A stretch of 64,000 nucleotides of DNA from a virus. Taxonomy: Duplodnaviria > Caudoviricetes. Position 1 is the stretch's first letter; every line of letters begins with the position of its first letter. Below, piece after piece: positions 35,838 to 45,506 of the stretch. The position numbers and the translations under genes were made by a program. Below the pieces are notes generated by a model. It was not told where the DNA came from, searched no databases, and saw only the letters and a program-made list of their open reading frames with translations. The DNA lies in the IMG/VR virus record IMGVR_UViG_2706795976_000001, positions 1-64,000 of that record, one strand, 5' to 3'.

Positions 35838-36913
35838 TGCCAACCTACGGTGAACTCTTTGGTGAGCCGACAGACGTCCTGCACCCCGAGTTCCGCATCT
35901 ACGCCATTGACGAGAGCGAAGCCGGGGTGCCGATTCGGCATCTGTCCATCTCCCTCACCCCCACGCAGGCCACCATGGAGATCCCCCGGGGAGCCCCGGG
36001 AGAAACGGGTCCACAGGGCCCTCCTGGTGACCCCTGGATTCACATGGGGGACCGGACCACTGCCCAGATCGCGGCGCTGTCCCTAGGCACCGCAGACAAG
36101 GCTAAGGCGTACCGGAACAGCGACACCAACGCCCTGCACTACTGGACCGGCACGGCGTGGATTGTCTACAACAACGCATTCGGCATGCAGGGGCCCCAGG
36201 GTCCACAGGGTGGTCTCTCTGATGTCACCATCGAGATGCTGCCCGAAGGCGAGGACCCGGTGGCATCGGTCACTGGAGCCCCTGGTAGTCAGGTACTCAA
36301 CCTCGAGATCCCCGAGAAGCCCGGGCCGCAAGGCGCTACGGGCCCGGCCTCGAGTATTGTCCTGGCCGAGGACTTCGACGACGCAGTCACCCCGTTCAAC
36401 GGTGCGGTGCTGCGCTACAACGACACCACAGACAAGTGGTATGCCGGTTCGCCTATCAGCCTCCGTCAGTACTCGATTCCCACATCGGCGTTTGTGGACG
36501 TCAACACCTCCTTCACGGACAGCTACAAGCTGATCGGAACCTTCCCGCTCGACGCACTCGACCACGCCACCACGCTCCACGTCACCGGCCGGTTCATTGT
36601 GAGCCAGAGCAACACCTCCCGCATCGCGATTGAGGTGCGCCTAGGTGCCCCGGGCCCAGCCGACGGTACGCTCATCGCCAAGGGTATCGCACTCTCCGGT
36701 ACGGGCGAGCAGATCGTCAACATCATGCCTCACTATTCAACCCCTGCGTCACCGGCTACCGCAACAGCACCCGGTGGATACATAGGAGTAATCCCCGCCA
36801 CCCACACGGGCAACACGGGGACTATCTATGTCTCGGTCATCCGCCTCGGTGGTGTCGGCTCCTGGCAGGTCAAGTCCGACTACGCGCAGGTGTCCGTACT
36901 TCGCCACTCGTAA
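35837..36913 (+). CDS. Minor tail protein with collagen-like G-X-Y repeats
   Basis: GETGPQGPPG, GPQGPQG, GPQGATGP. Confidence 0.8.
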   Translation: MPTYGELFGEPTDVLHPEFRIYAIDESEAGVPIRHLSISLTPTQATMEIPRGAPGETGPQGPPGDPWIHMGDRTTAQIAALSLGTADKAKAYRNSDTNALHYWTGTAWIVYNNAFGMQGPQGPQGGLSDVTIEMLPEGEDPVASVTGAPGSQVLNLEIPEKPGPQGATGPASSIVLAEDFDDAVTPFNGAVLRYNDTTDKWYAGSPISLRQYSIPTSAFVDVNTSFTDSYKLIGTFPLDALDHATTLHVTGRFIVSQSNTSRIAIEVRLGAPGPADGTLIAKGIALSGTGEQIVNIMPHYSTPASPATATAPGGYIGVIPATHTGNTGTIYVSVIRLGGVGSWQVKSDYAQVSVLRHS

Positions 36914-36926
36914 CATCTAGGGAGCC

Positions 36927-38693
36927 ATGAACGAGACTAACAAGCTCATGGCCACTCAGATCTTTGAGTGGCTGGACTTCACTGTAGACATCATTGAGAT
37001 TCTGCAGTTCATCGGAGACCTCCGTGAGCTTGTCGACGCCATCATGCAGGCATTCGGTGGTAATTTTGAACCACTCACAGACTGGGTTGAGGCGTTTGTC
37101 GCGGATCCATGGCCAGGGTTCGAATGGCTATCCGGGCTTGGCGACTGGTCGTCGCTAGACACCATCTTTGCCCCATTTAGTGCCATTGGTGATGCAGTTG
37201 AGGGTGTCCAAGGAATCATCCTGAATGTCATCAACGCCATCATGTCCGCGATCCGTAAGGTGCCTGTCGTGGGCGGCGAGATCGCCGACCGTATCGGGGA
37301 GATGAAGACCGACGTTGGGGGTGTCGCTGACACAGCCCAGGAGGCATCCCAGCAAGCAGAGAGTATCAGTAACCAAGTTCATTATGTGCGAGAGGTCATC
37401 TCGCTACGAGCGGGCCGAAGTGTTTGGGAGACCGGACCCGACCGCACGGGAACGGTCAGCTTCCCATTTGGCCTACTGAACATCATGGGTGGATCCTTCA
37501 CCACCTCCAGCGAATCTCACACTCACACCATTAACGGCAGTACCGCCAACGCGACTGCCGGTGGAACATCCCACTCGCACAGCAATGGCGGACTGAACAA
37601 CACCAGTAATAGCCATAGCCACACGGGAACTGTGGGTGGCTCCGTCCCCACTGTGAACGTCACCGCCACGTATGCTCCTTGGGGAAACCTGATTTTCGAC
37701 TCGAATGCCGAGCGAAGGGTGCTCACCTTCATCGGCATGAGAACCGGAACAGTAACCTCCTTCAACCTCGATCTATACAAGATGGAAGAAGACGGATCCA
37801 GCACTCTGGTTTACTCGAGTCCGGACCTGGCACCCGGGCTAGGTGCAACCCTTCAATGGCAGCAACATCTCCTGCCCAACAAGGTACTTACCGACATTGG
37901 AGACATATACGACGTCCAGTTCCGAATGGTTGGGTCGGGGACAGTTACGGTTGCCGGTGTCAATATGCCATACCCGACACCCATTCCAGGGCTCAGGCCC
38001 TACTCGTCGGGATCGGCGAGAAACCCATCCTCCAGCCCAGCTCCAACAACGATCAGCACCGCCACCAGGGATTCGATGTACGTAGGACCTACACCGTGGA
38101 TCTCCTTCGGAATTGATGTTGGGCAGACCGCAATCCCGCGTTACTTCTACGACGATCTCAATCGTACTTCCTGGGGGTCCAGCTGGGTCATCGCCCAGGA
38201 TATGGGCCTCAGCAGTGGTCGGGCCTATCACCCAGGAGGGTTCCTCACTGGAGGGGACGGCCGATCGATATGGCAGCAGCAGACCCTCACCGACACCGTG
38301 GAATCTACATTCACGATCACGACCGCCAATTCTGGATTCATGGGCGTGGGTATCTGCCTGAATTCCAGCGGTACGGCCGGGGCCTGGGTGATGGTCAACA
38401 ATGAGGAAACCAACCTATGTACCGGTTCGTATGAAATAGCCAATCGAACCGAAAGATCCACCGCCCCAATCGGTGGGGCGGGATCGTATAAGGTCAGGTA
38501 CACTGCCGTCGATAACACTTACCGGGTTTACAAGGACGGCTCAACCACGCCCATAATTTCATGGGTTGACTCGTCTAATGTTGTCACTCACGGACTGGGG
38601 CGAAGGTGGGTCGGAATCATCGCCGCCAAGGGCTCCTTCCAGGACTCTTCCTATCTGGACAACTGGTCGGCCTACGACTACTCAGCTGCATAA
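36927..38693 (+). CDS. Minor tail protein / probable receptor-binding protein
   Basis: Helical N-terminus, HxH-rich middle, C-terminal concanavalin-like YDDLNR...HGLGRRWVG...DNWSAYD. Confidence 0.75.
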   Translation: MNETNKLMATQIFEWLDFTVDIIEILQFIGDLRELVDAIMQAFGGNFEPLTDWVEAFVADPWPGFEWLSGLGDWSSLDTIFAPFSAIGDAVEGVQGIILNVINAIMSAIRKVPVVGGEIADRIGEMKTDVGGVADTAQEASQQAESISNQVHYVREVISLRAGRSVWETGPDRTGTVSFPFGLLNIMGGSFTTSSESHTHTINGSTANATAGGTSHSHSNGGLNNTSNSHSHTGTVGGSVPTVNVTATYAPWGNLIFDSNAERRVLTFIGMRTGTVTSFNLDLYKMEEDGSSTLVYSSPDLAPGLGATLQWQQHLLPNKVLTDIGDIYDVQFRMVGSGTVTVAGVNMPYPTPIPGLRPYSSGSARNPSSSPAPTTISTATRDSMYVGPTPWISFGIDVGQTAIPRYFYDDLNRTSWGSSWVIAQDMGLSSGRAYHPGGFLTGGDGRSIWQQQTLTDTVESTFTITTANSGFMGVGICLNSSGTAGAWVMVNNEETNLCTGSYEIANRTERSTAPIGGAGSYKVRYTAVDNTYRVYKDGSTTPIISWVDSSNVVTHGLGRRWVGIIAAKGSFQDSSYLDNWSAYDYSAA

Positions 38694-38702
38694 GGACACA
38701 TC

Positions 38703-39056
38703 ATGGCTGTAGGAAACCTCTTCCCCCCTCCACCGACGAAGTACCTGCCGGTGTCGAAGGGTGCCGACCTGTCGTTCACGGTCACCTACAAGCCTGGTGG
38801 TGTGGAGGCCAGTTGGCCCGTCGGGTGCACGGTCATCCTCGAGGTGGATGTGGTCAAGGGTGGTGAACCCTTCCGACAGCCCTACGTCCCGGGGGACAAT
38901 GCCAAGTGCCCCATCCGTGTGGAGTCCGGCGTGACTGACACCTGGAAGGATGGAATGCTCTGGCGCATCCTGCTTTCCAAGCCGGACAACCCTTCGCTTG
39001 AGATCCCTGTGGTCAACGGAGAGGTCAAGCGGTTCGACGGGAAGATGGGCCGATGA
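38703..39056 (+). CDS. Minor tail / baseplate accessory protein
   Basis: LPVSKGADL...GEVKRFD; synteny. Confidence 0.6.
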   Translation: MAVGNLFPPPPTKYLPVSKGADLSFTVTYKPGGVEASWPVGCTVILEVDVVKGGEPFRQPYVPGDNAKCPIRVESGVTDTWKDGMLWRILLSKPDNPSLEIPVVNGEVKRFDGKMGR

Positions 39057-39406
39057 GTACCGAGTTTAGTGTTGAGTCGGACCTCAACTTCGACTTCACT
39101 ACTGACGCACCAGGTTTCGTGTATGACCCGGAGCCCGGAGAGACTGTGGTCGTCGTCGCTACCGGTGGCACACCGGGGCCTCCCGGGCCACCCGGAGCAG
39201 ACGGCGAGAACTGTGCACACTACAAGCACATCCAGAACAACCCCGCCAATCCGTGGATCATCGAACACGGCATGGTCAACGAGGTGGCAGCAGTCCACAT
39301 CGTGGCAAACGGGGAGCCCATCATGGCTTCCTGGATCGAAAACCCAATCGGCACAGTGACTATCAGCTTTGGTGGACCCTGTTCCGGACACGCAATTCTT
39401 ACCTAG
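39053..39406 (+). CDS. Minor tail protein (short collagen repeat)
   Basis: GTPGPPGPPGADG; WIIEHGM. Confidence 0.65.
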   Translation: MSTEFSVESDLNFDFTTDAPGFVYDPEPGETVVVVATGGTPGPPGPPGADGENCAHYKHIQNNPANPWIIEHGMVNEVAAVHIVANGEPIMASWIENPIGTVTISFGGPCSGHAILT

Positions 39407-39415
39407 GAGCCGACT

Positions 39416-40522
39416 ATGGCACTCATGAAGCTGGGCAACCATCTGGATGCCAATGGCTACGAAATCCGCAACATCCTCGTCGAGGTGGTTGGCACGCTGC
39501 CGACCCCGACCACCGCTATGGAAGGCCGCATCGTCTGGCTCTCCACCACGGATCGGTTCTACGCCTGCAACGGCCCGGCGTGGGTCAACCCCGCTACCGA
39601 CTCGGACGCCCTGGCCGGGCAGACCTCGGCATGGCACCGGGACCGCACCAACCACACTGGATCCCAGGCAGCCTCAACCATTTCCGATCTCGCTGCGGTG
39701 GTCAAGGCCTACCGCCACGACGAGTTCGCCGCTCCCACTGCTGATGTGTCGTGGGGCTCGCGGAAGCTCACCAACCTCGCGAACGGTACGGCCAACAACG
39801 ACGCCGTCAACAAGAGCCAGCTGGATGCCGTCTCGGCCGTCGCTAACTCGGCCGCGCTGGGCGTCTCCATCAAGGAGCCGGTGCGCGTAGTTTCCAAGAC
39901 CAACATCACCCTGTCCGGCACGCAGACCATCGACGGTGTGGCTCTCGCTGCTGGCAACCGCGTGCTCGTTGCCGGTCAGACCACTGCAGCGAACAACGGC
40001 ATCTATGTCGTGGCTGCCGGGGCCTGGGCGCGCGCAACCGACATGGACGCCACGGGTGAAGTCAAGCCGGGTACCATGGTCGCCGTCACCGAAGGCACCA
40101 CGGACGCCGACTCGATCTGGATCCTGACCTCGGACGCGGCCGTCACCATCGGCACCACGGCTCAGACCTGGACCAAGTTCATCAGTGGCGGCGGCACGAC
40201 TTACACCGCTGGCAACGGCATCACCATCTCGACTGGTGTCATCTCCGTTCAGGCGCACACCGGCATCTCGGTCACCGGGTCGGGTGTGGCCATCGACACC
40301 GCCGTCGTGGCCCGCAAGGTCGTCATGGACGTCCCCTCGGGTAGCGCGGAGACCTCGATCTCCCACAACCTGAACAACCAGTACCCCCAGTGGCAGGTCT
40401 ACGAGGTCTCCACGAACATCCCCGTCCTGGTACCCTTCACCCCCTCCGGCGTCAACGGTGGTACACTGTCCTTTGCGAGTGCTCCATCGACCAACCAGTA
40501 CAAGGTCATCTTCATCGGTTAG
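39416..40522 (+). CDS. Tail fibre-like protein
   Basis: DRTNHTGSQ, KLTNLANGT..NDAVNKSQL, LSGTQTIDGV..GNRVLV..QT....NGIYV. Confidence 0.8.
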   Translation: MALMKLGNHLDANGYEIRNILVEVVGTLPTPTTAMEGRIVWLSTTDRFYACNGPAWVNPATDSDALAGQTSAWHRDRTNHTGSQAASTISDLAAVVKAYRHDEFAAPTADVSWGSRKLTNLANGTANNDAVNKSQLDAVSAVANSAALGVSIKEPVRVVSKTNITLSGTQTIDGVALAAGNRVLVAGQTTAANNGIYVVAAGAWARATDMDATGEVKPGTMVAVTEGTTDADSIWILTSDAAVTIGTTAQTWTKFISGGGTTYTAGNGITISTGVISVQAHTGISVTGSGVAIDTAVVARKVVMDVPSGSAETSISHNLNNQYPQWQVYEVSTNIPVLVPFTPSGVNGGTLSFASAPSTNQYKVIFIG

Positions 40523-40531
40523 GACTAGACC

Positions 40532-40963
40532 ATGCCCGACGTCGAATACCGGGGCCCGGGGTCTTCCTCGAGCTCGGTTGTCAAAAGGTCCTACGTGGAC
40601 GGCAAGATTGAGCCGTATGACATGACCATCGTTGCCTTCGGTAAGGACACTACTCGAGCGACGGGCACGGGAGACAACCCCTTCGGTATCCGCCTCCGCC
40701 GTGCGGTGCAGCTCAAGGCCGTCCACTACCGGTGCAACACCGCATCAGGGTCGGGCACCCTCTCGGTGGAGCTCCGGCAGAATGGTGTGGCCATCGCAGG
40801 CACTGCAGCGGCCATCGCTGTAGCCAACCAGGTGACTGGTGCTACCGTGTCGGGTCTATCTGTTAACCTGGCAGCCGGAGACATCCTCACCGTCCAGATC
40901 ACTGCTGTCGGGGGCACCCCTGGTAAAGGCTTGGTCGCAGACATCGAGGCTGTCGCGATCTGA
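40532..40963 (+). CDS. Minor tail protein
   Basis: Beta-rich; LAAGDILTVQIT.VG..PGKGL. Confidence 0.65.
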   Translation: MPDVEYRGPGSSSSSVVKRSYVDGKIEPYDMTIVAFGKDTTRATGTGDNPFGIRLRRAVQLKAVHYRCNTASGSGTLSVELRQNGVAIAGTAAAIAVANQVTGATVSGLSVNLAAGDILTVQITAVGGTPGKGLVADIEAVAI

Positions 40964-41823
40964 TGCACGTCTACTCGTTCCCGCCACCGGCAGCCCCGTT
41001 CGTTAAGCAGCAGATCAACAAGGTCGGCCGGTTCTCCTTCTCCAACCTGTCTCCTGCTGTACCGGTGACTGGTTGGTCTTCTGACGGAACCTCACCCGGC
41101 ACTCTGGTTAGCGACAGCATCCTCGACGTTGTCGGCTCGAGCGGTCTGGTTACTGTGCACGCCCTCGTTCGCCTCGGCCGCAACTCCACGTCCGGCATCC
41201 CCACCGTCCAGCTCGTTGTAAACGGCGCGGTGGTCGACTCAGTGGAGGCACAGCCCAACTCCACGCAGTTCGGCAACACAGACCCACTGCGCGGCAGGCC
41301 CTCCTGGCTGCAGTGGACTGGGTCCATCAACGCGGGCGACGACATCATGCTCTCCGCGCTACGCACAACCTCCACCACGGGGTATGTGAACGATGGATCC
41401 TACCTGCTGATCGAGCCTGGGAATACCACCTACACGATGCAGCGAATGTACAAGAACACCTCGACGTTCAGCGTGCCTAACAGCCGAGCGATCGTCACTG
41501 GGTGGACTGCAGATGCGAAGTACCCCGGAAGCACGGTAAGCAGCAATCAGCTCGCCACTACGCTCAGCGGTACGGGTACTGCACGGGCGTACATCGTCAG
41601 CACTGGAAATAACTCCCCCGTTGAGGCATACCTCATGATGGACGGAGTGGACATCGGCAGCGTTACCATCCCCGGCAGCGACGCGACCGGGTACTGGATC
41701 ACCGTACCCAACGTCACATTCACCGGATCAAACCTACTGAAGCTCGAAGCCCGGCGCACGAACACCTCGTTTACCCGGGCTATAGAGGACAACTCACCCG
41801 TCATCGAAGCATCCATCCCCTGA
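40963..41823 (+). CDS. Minor tail protein (two repeated beta domains)
   Basis: VTGWSSDGTSPGT and VTGWTADAKYPGS repeats. Confidence 0.65.
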   Translation: MHVYSFPPPAAPFVKQQINKVGRFSFSNLSPAVPVTGWSSDGTSPGTLVSDSILDVVGSSGLVTVHALVRLGRNSTSGIPTVQLVVNGAVVDSVEAQPNSTQFGNTDPLRGRPSWLQWTGSINAGDDIMLSALRTTSTTGYVNDGSYLLIEPGNTTYTMQRMYKNTSTFSVPNSRAIVTGWTADAKYPGSTVSSNQLATTLSGTGTARAYIVSTGNNSPVEAYLMMDGVDIGSVTIPGSDATGYWITVPNVTFTGSNLLKLEARRTNTSFTRAIEDNSPVIEASIP

Positions 41824-41833
41824 TAAGGAAACC

Positions 41834-42421
41834 ATGATCAACCGGGCCCTCGCGATCGTCACCTCTGTGGTCGCAGCACTCTTCCTCCTCGCCGCACCGG
41901 CCAACGCGGAACCCGTCACCGTCAATGGCGGTGATCAATTCTCTGTCGTTGGGGGACAGTTCTCCCCCACCCTCGCAGCTGTCGGGTACTGGCAGGGTCA
42001 GCGTGTCGCAATGACTGCCTCTCACAACGGATCCAAGGGTACGGTGGCACTCAAGAACGGTGTGCGGTTCGGTGAGTTCATCACCAACCCGAACGAGCTC
42101 GGCCGCGACGTCGGTTTCATCAAGCTCGATGACGACGTCGCATTCGGGCACAACCGTGGACTTTCGGTGGTCGCTGATCCCAAGCCGGTCTACGTGGTCT
42201 GCAAGTACGGCTACGGCATTGCCAACTCGGGTGAACGCTGCGGCCTCAACATCTCCGCATCAGCCACCAAGATGTGCTCCCTGTACCTCACCACGCCCCA
42301 GGACTCTGGTGGCCCGGTGTACTGGGGCAATCGCCTCTTTGGCGTCAGTAGCCAAGTCCTGGCCGGTGGATGTCCCTCCACTGCAGCCAAGGTCAACGGT
42401 GTAGGCTTCACCTTCCCCTGA
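41834..42421 (+). CDS. Secreted trypsin-like (S1) serine protease homolog
   Basis: Signal peptide ending APANA; TASH (His), RDVGFIKL (Asp), QDSGGPVY (Ser); VCKYG. Confidence 0.7.
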   Translation: MINRALAIVTSVVAALFLLAAPANAEPVTVNGGDQFSVVGGQFSPTLAAVGYWQGQRVAMTASHNGSKGTVALKNGVRFGEFITNPNELGRDVGFIKLDDDVAFGHNRGLSVVADPKPVYVVCKYGYGIANSGERCGLNISASATKMCSLYLTTPQDSGGPVYWGNRLFGVSSQVLAGGCPSTAAKVNGVGFTFP

Positions 42422-42429
42422 TCTAGACC

Positions 42430-42470
42430 AAGAAGCCCCCCTCGGAACTCCGGTACGAGGGGGGCTTCTT
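42430..42470. terminator. Intrinsic (bidirectional-type) terminator closing the virion operon
   Basis: AAGAAGCCCCCCTCG/CGAGGGGGGCTTCTT perfect 15-bp inverted repeat followed by T-rich sequence. Confidence 0.85.
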
Positions 42471-42666
42471 TGTGTCTCGAGGCGCTGCGATCAGAAAGGA
42501 AGGAAAGGTGCGACCCTCATCCACGCTCTCGATCAGCGACCCTGTTCCGGGTGTGCAAGGACACCTCTAGACACGGCCTAATGTACCCCGGTCTGCCATG
42601 GTGCGCAACCCCCTCCTCGCAGAAAGTTTCTTGGTGTACACTGAGCTGCGACGAAGGGAGAAGTGC

Positions 42667-42993
42667 ATGCCACATGGAGAAGATGGACACGGGGATCGCC
42701 CCGGGGAGCAGGAGGGGAAGGTGCCGCCTGCAGACCAGAGACTGTGGGTCCTGCCACCGGGATTCGACGAGCTGGACACCCAGGAGGCTTGGGACCTCGG
42801 GATCCGGGACGATCCGATCGACTACAAGGCACTGCTCTACAGCTTCCAGGAGCATATCGACGGCTGGATCGACAACATGTGGACAGTCCTCGACACTTCC
42901 CAGCAGTTCGGCTACGAGAAGGAGTTCGAGCCCACCCGCAAGGTTGTGGAGAACCTCGAGCGACACGTTCGCGACTGGCACAGGGGGAACTGA
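42667..42993 (+). CDS. Hypothetical protein
   Basis: GAAGGGAG SD before ATG 42667; stop overlaps the xseA start. Confidence 0.6.
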   Translation: MPHGEDGHGDRPGEQEGKVPPADQRLWVLPPGFDELDTQEAWDLGIRDDPIDYKALLYSFQEHIDGWIDNMWTVLDTSQQFGYEKEFEPTRKVVENLERHVRDWHRGN

Positions 42994-44186
42994 TGTCACC
43001 CACTTCTGAAGATGCACCATGGAGTGTCAACAAGCTCTCCACCGAGGTGTACGAGTATGTCCGCAAGCTCGGTGAGGTCTGGGTTGAGGGTGAGGTCACC
43101 AAAGCTCAGATCCGTGGTGGACGTCGCCTGTCGTTCCTGAACGTCCGGGACCTCCACCGCAAGGAGAGCATCCAGGTCACGGCCGACGGCGGTGTCATCC
43201 CCGACACGCTGCAGGTGGGTACCTCCGTGCTCATGCTCGGCAAGCCGCAGTACTGGAAGTCCAACGGCAATATGTCTCTGCGCATCACGAAGATCCGCGA
43301 GATTGGTGCCGGTACCCTGGCTGCCGAGCTCGCCGCACTCGAGCAGAAGATGGACCGCGAGGGACTGTTCCACCCACGGCACAAGATCCCCTTGCCCCAC
43401 ATCCCCAGGCGCATCGGGCTCATCACTGCCAAGAACTCTGATGCCGAGCGCGACGTGATCAACGTGGCACGGGACCGGTGGCCGGGGGTGTCGTTCAAGA
43501 CCTTTGCCGTTCCCGTCCAGGGCAAGTCCACGGTGCGCGAGGTGAAGAAGGGTCTCGAGGAGCTCGACCAGGACCCGGGCGTCGACGTCATCATCTGCAC
43601 CCGAGGCGGTGGATCCAAGGAGGACCTGCTGCCGTGGTCTGATGAGGGCTTGGTGCGTGCGGCGTTCGCTTGCAACACCCCCATTGTCTCCGCGATCGGT
43701 CACGAGAACGACTGTCCACTCCTTGACCGTGTGGCGGACCTGCGTGCCTCGACGCCCACCGACGCTGCGAAGAGGGTTGTGCCAGACCTCAAGTCTGAGA
43801 TAGCCTCCATCGAGCGGATGGTGAAACACCTCGAGGACACGGCGTTATGGCGCATCGAGGCTCAGGTAGGGATGGTCAACAACCTAGCGAGTAATGGTGC
43901 GGCACTTGCGTATCGGGACATCGACAATCATGTCAACGGCGTTACGCGCCTAGCCAAAGATCTAGAGGTGGGTGCCCTTCTGCAGCTCGAGACCGCCGAG
44001 TCTGAGCTGAACTACCTCGAGGAGATCCAGAACGCGGTTGACCACACGAAGACACTGAGGCGCGGATACGCCATTCTGGTGGACTCGGCTGGCAATATCG
44101 TTAGCCACCCCGGTGACGGCGAATTGCTGCAAGTGATAACACACGATGACGAATACCTTGTCGTCGTTCAGAGAGGAGATGCATAG
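42993..44186 (+). CDS. xseA: Exodeoxyribonuclease VII large subunit
   Basis: VWVEGEV OB fold, RIGLITA, VQG, DVIICTRGGGSKEDL, SAIGHEND, ADLRASTPTDAAK, TLRRGYAI. Confidence 0.92.
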   Translation: MSPTSEDAPWSVNKLSTEVYEYVRKLGEVWVEGEVTKAQIRGGRRLSFLNVRDLHRKESIQVTADGGVIPDTLQVGTSVLMLGKPQYWKSNGNMSLRITKIREIGAGTLAAELAALEQKMDREGLFHPRHKIPLPHIPRRIGLITAKNSDAERDVINVARDRWPGVSFKTFAVPVQGKSTVREVKKGLEELDQDPGVDVIICTRGGGSKEDLLPWSDEGLVRAAFACNTPIVSAIGHENDCPLLDRVADLRASTPTDAAKRVVPDLKSEIASIERMVKHLEDTALWRIEAQVGMVNNLASNGAALAYRDIDNHVNGVTRLAKDLEVGALLQLETAESELNYLEEIQNAVDHTKTLRRGYAILVDSAGNIVSHPGDGELLQVITHDDEYLVVVQRGDA

Positions 44187-44383
44187 TGACACAGCCCATT
44201 CCGGAATCCTACGAGGCCGCATACAAAGAGCTCGAGGAGATCACGAAGAAGCAGCAGGTCGGGGGGGTTGCACTCGACGAGTTGGCCGCGTATGTTGAAC
44301 GAGGAAGGGAGCTCAGAGAGTATTGCCTGTCGCAACTCCGAGCCACCCGTGAGCAGATCGAAACCAAGGAGGACACCGAATGA
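44186..44383 (+). CDS. xseB: Exodeoxyribonuclease VII small subunit
   Basis: SYEAAYKELEEI...LDE.....ERG.EL..YC...L; directly after xseA. Confidence 0.85.
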   Translation: MTQPIPESYEAAYKELEEITKKQQVGGVALDELAAYVERGRELREYCLSQLRATREQIETKEDTE

Positions 44384-44465
44384 CCGTGGACATCATCGGA
44401 ATCACCCCGGAAGAGCTCGTAAGCAAGACTGTCGAGATCATCGAGCGTGATCCGGCGGTACACCA

Positions 44466-44780
44466 GTGAGTGACCAGTGGGTCGTCGTCGACCGAAACCA
44501 CAAGGTGTGGTTTCCATATATCTACACGCCCCGAGACGAAAACCTCGCGCCGGAGCTGCTTCTCCACCACGAAGAGGCCGATACCGACATGGGCGACCTG
44601 GCTATGCCGGAGCTTGTCGAGGTGCTGAGCCCGGTTCGGGTGGTTCTCTACGACGACGTCAAGAGGGTTCGAGCAGAAGCCGAACTCAAGCGGGCCCAGG
44701 CTGAGTACGACGAGGCTGTCGCACGATCGCCCGAACGGATCAAGAAGTTGAGGGAGGAACTCAATGCAGAAGGACGCTAG
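44466..44780 (+). CDS. Hypothetical protein
   Basis: Tiles the operon; C-terminal coiled coil. Confidence 0.6.
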   Translation: MSDQWVVVDRNHKVWFPYIYTPRDENLAPELLLHHEEADTDMGDLAMPELVEVLSPVRVVLYDDVKRVRAEAELKRAQAEYDEAVARSPERIKKLREELNAEGR

Positions 44781-44952
44781 GTACTACGCCGCGCTGGCAT
44801 TGGCGGGATGGGCTTCGTCGCTTGCTCAGTCCAAGTCGTTGAGGGATTTGGACAAGGAGCCCTGGAAGTGGGATGAGATCGTCGAGTTCGCCGAGGAGCA
44901 GGTCGATAACCTGATTGAGGAAGTTGGGCAGTTCCGCAGTGACATTGCCTGA
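44764..44952 (+). CDS. Hypothetical protein
   Basis: GGGAGG SD. Confidence 0.55.
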   Translation: MQKDARYYAALALAGWASSLAQSKSLRDLDKEPWKWDEIVEFAEEQVDNLIEEVGQFRSDIA

Positions 44953-45087
44953 CTCCAAGTTCATGGTCATCCAGAAGCCGAACTCACCGTACAAGTACTT
45001 CGGTCCGTTCGACACCCATGACGAAGCCGAGAAGTACATCGAGACAAAGGAGCTCAAGATGTCGTATGTCGCAGAGCTGAGGAAGCC

Positions 45088-45339
45088 ATGATAGAACCCG
45101 TGAGCCCCGTCAAGGTCGACCCGGGTGGCATCGGGGGTGTTTGGCCGATCGTGGAAGCCTATGTGCTACAGGATGACTCCCGGGCTGACGGCGGTGGGTA
45201 CGGAGTCCTCCTGTATAACATCAGGGACCAGTTCTACATCACCTCCCTGGTTGGCGGGACGGCGAAGGTGTTCCTGCGTGGGGAGATCGAGATCATGCGC
45301 AATGTGTGGTCTCCCGATCGACAGCAGATGCCGTTTTGA
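45088..45339 (+). CDS. Hypothetical protein
   Basis: GAGGA SD; ATGA overlap with a short upstream ORF. Confidence 0.55.
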   Translation: MIEPVSPVKVDPGGIGGVWPIVEAYVLQDDSRADGGGYGVLLYNIRDQFYITSLVGGTAKVFLRGEIEIMRNVWSPDRQQMPF

Positions 45340-45506
45340 TCAACTACGTACTCGTCGACCACGAGAATTCCAAGGCGGTGGCGTTGTTCATCTCTGAGGA
45401 GCGCGCAATGGAGTACTACTACGTGCATGGTGGGCTGAACAAACCGTGGGCCGTGTACCAGATGGAAGGAGTGGGCGGTGAAGCTGAGGATTCACAAGGA
45501 AATTAA
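45336..45506 (+). CDS. Hypothetical protein
   Basis: TTGA overlap; VALFISEERAMEY. Confidence 0.45.
   Translation: MINYVLVDHENSKAVALFISEERAMEYYYVHGGLNKPWAVYQMEGVGGEAEDSQGN

Noticed and set aside
36927-41823. Diversity-generating retroelement or invertible tail-fibre cassette
   Set aside because: No reverse transcriptase or invertase gene, and no template/variable repeat pair noticed.
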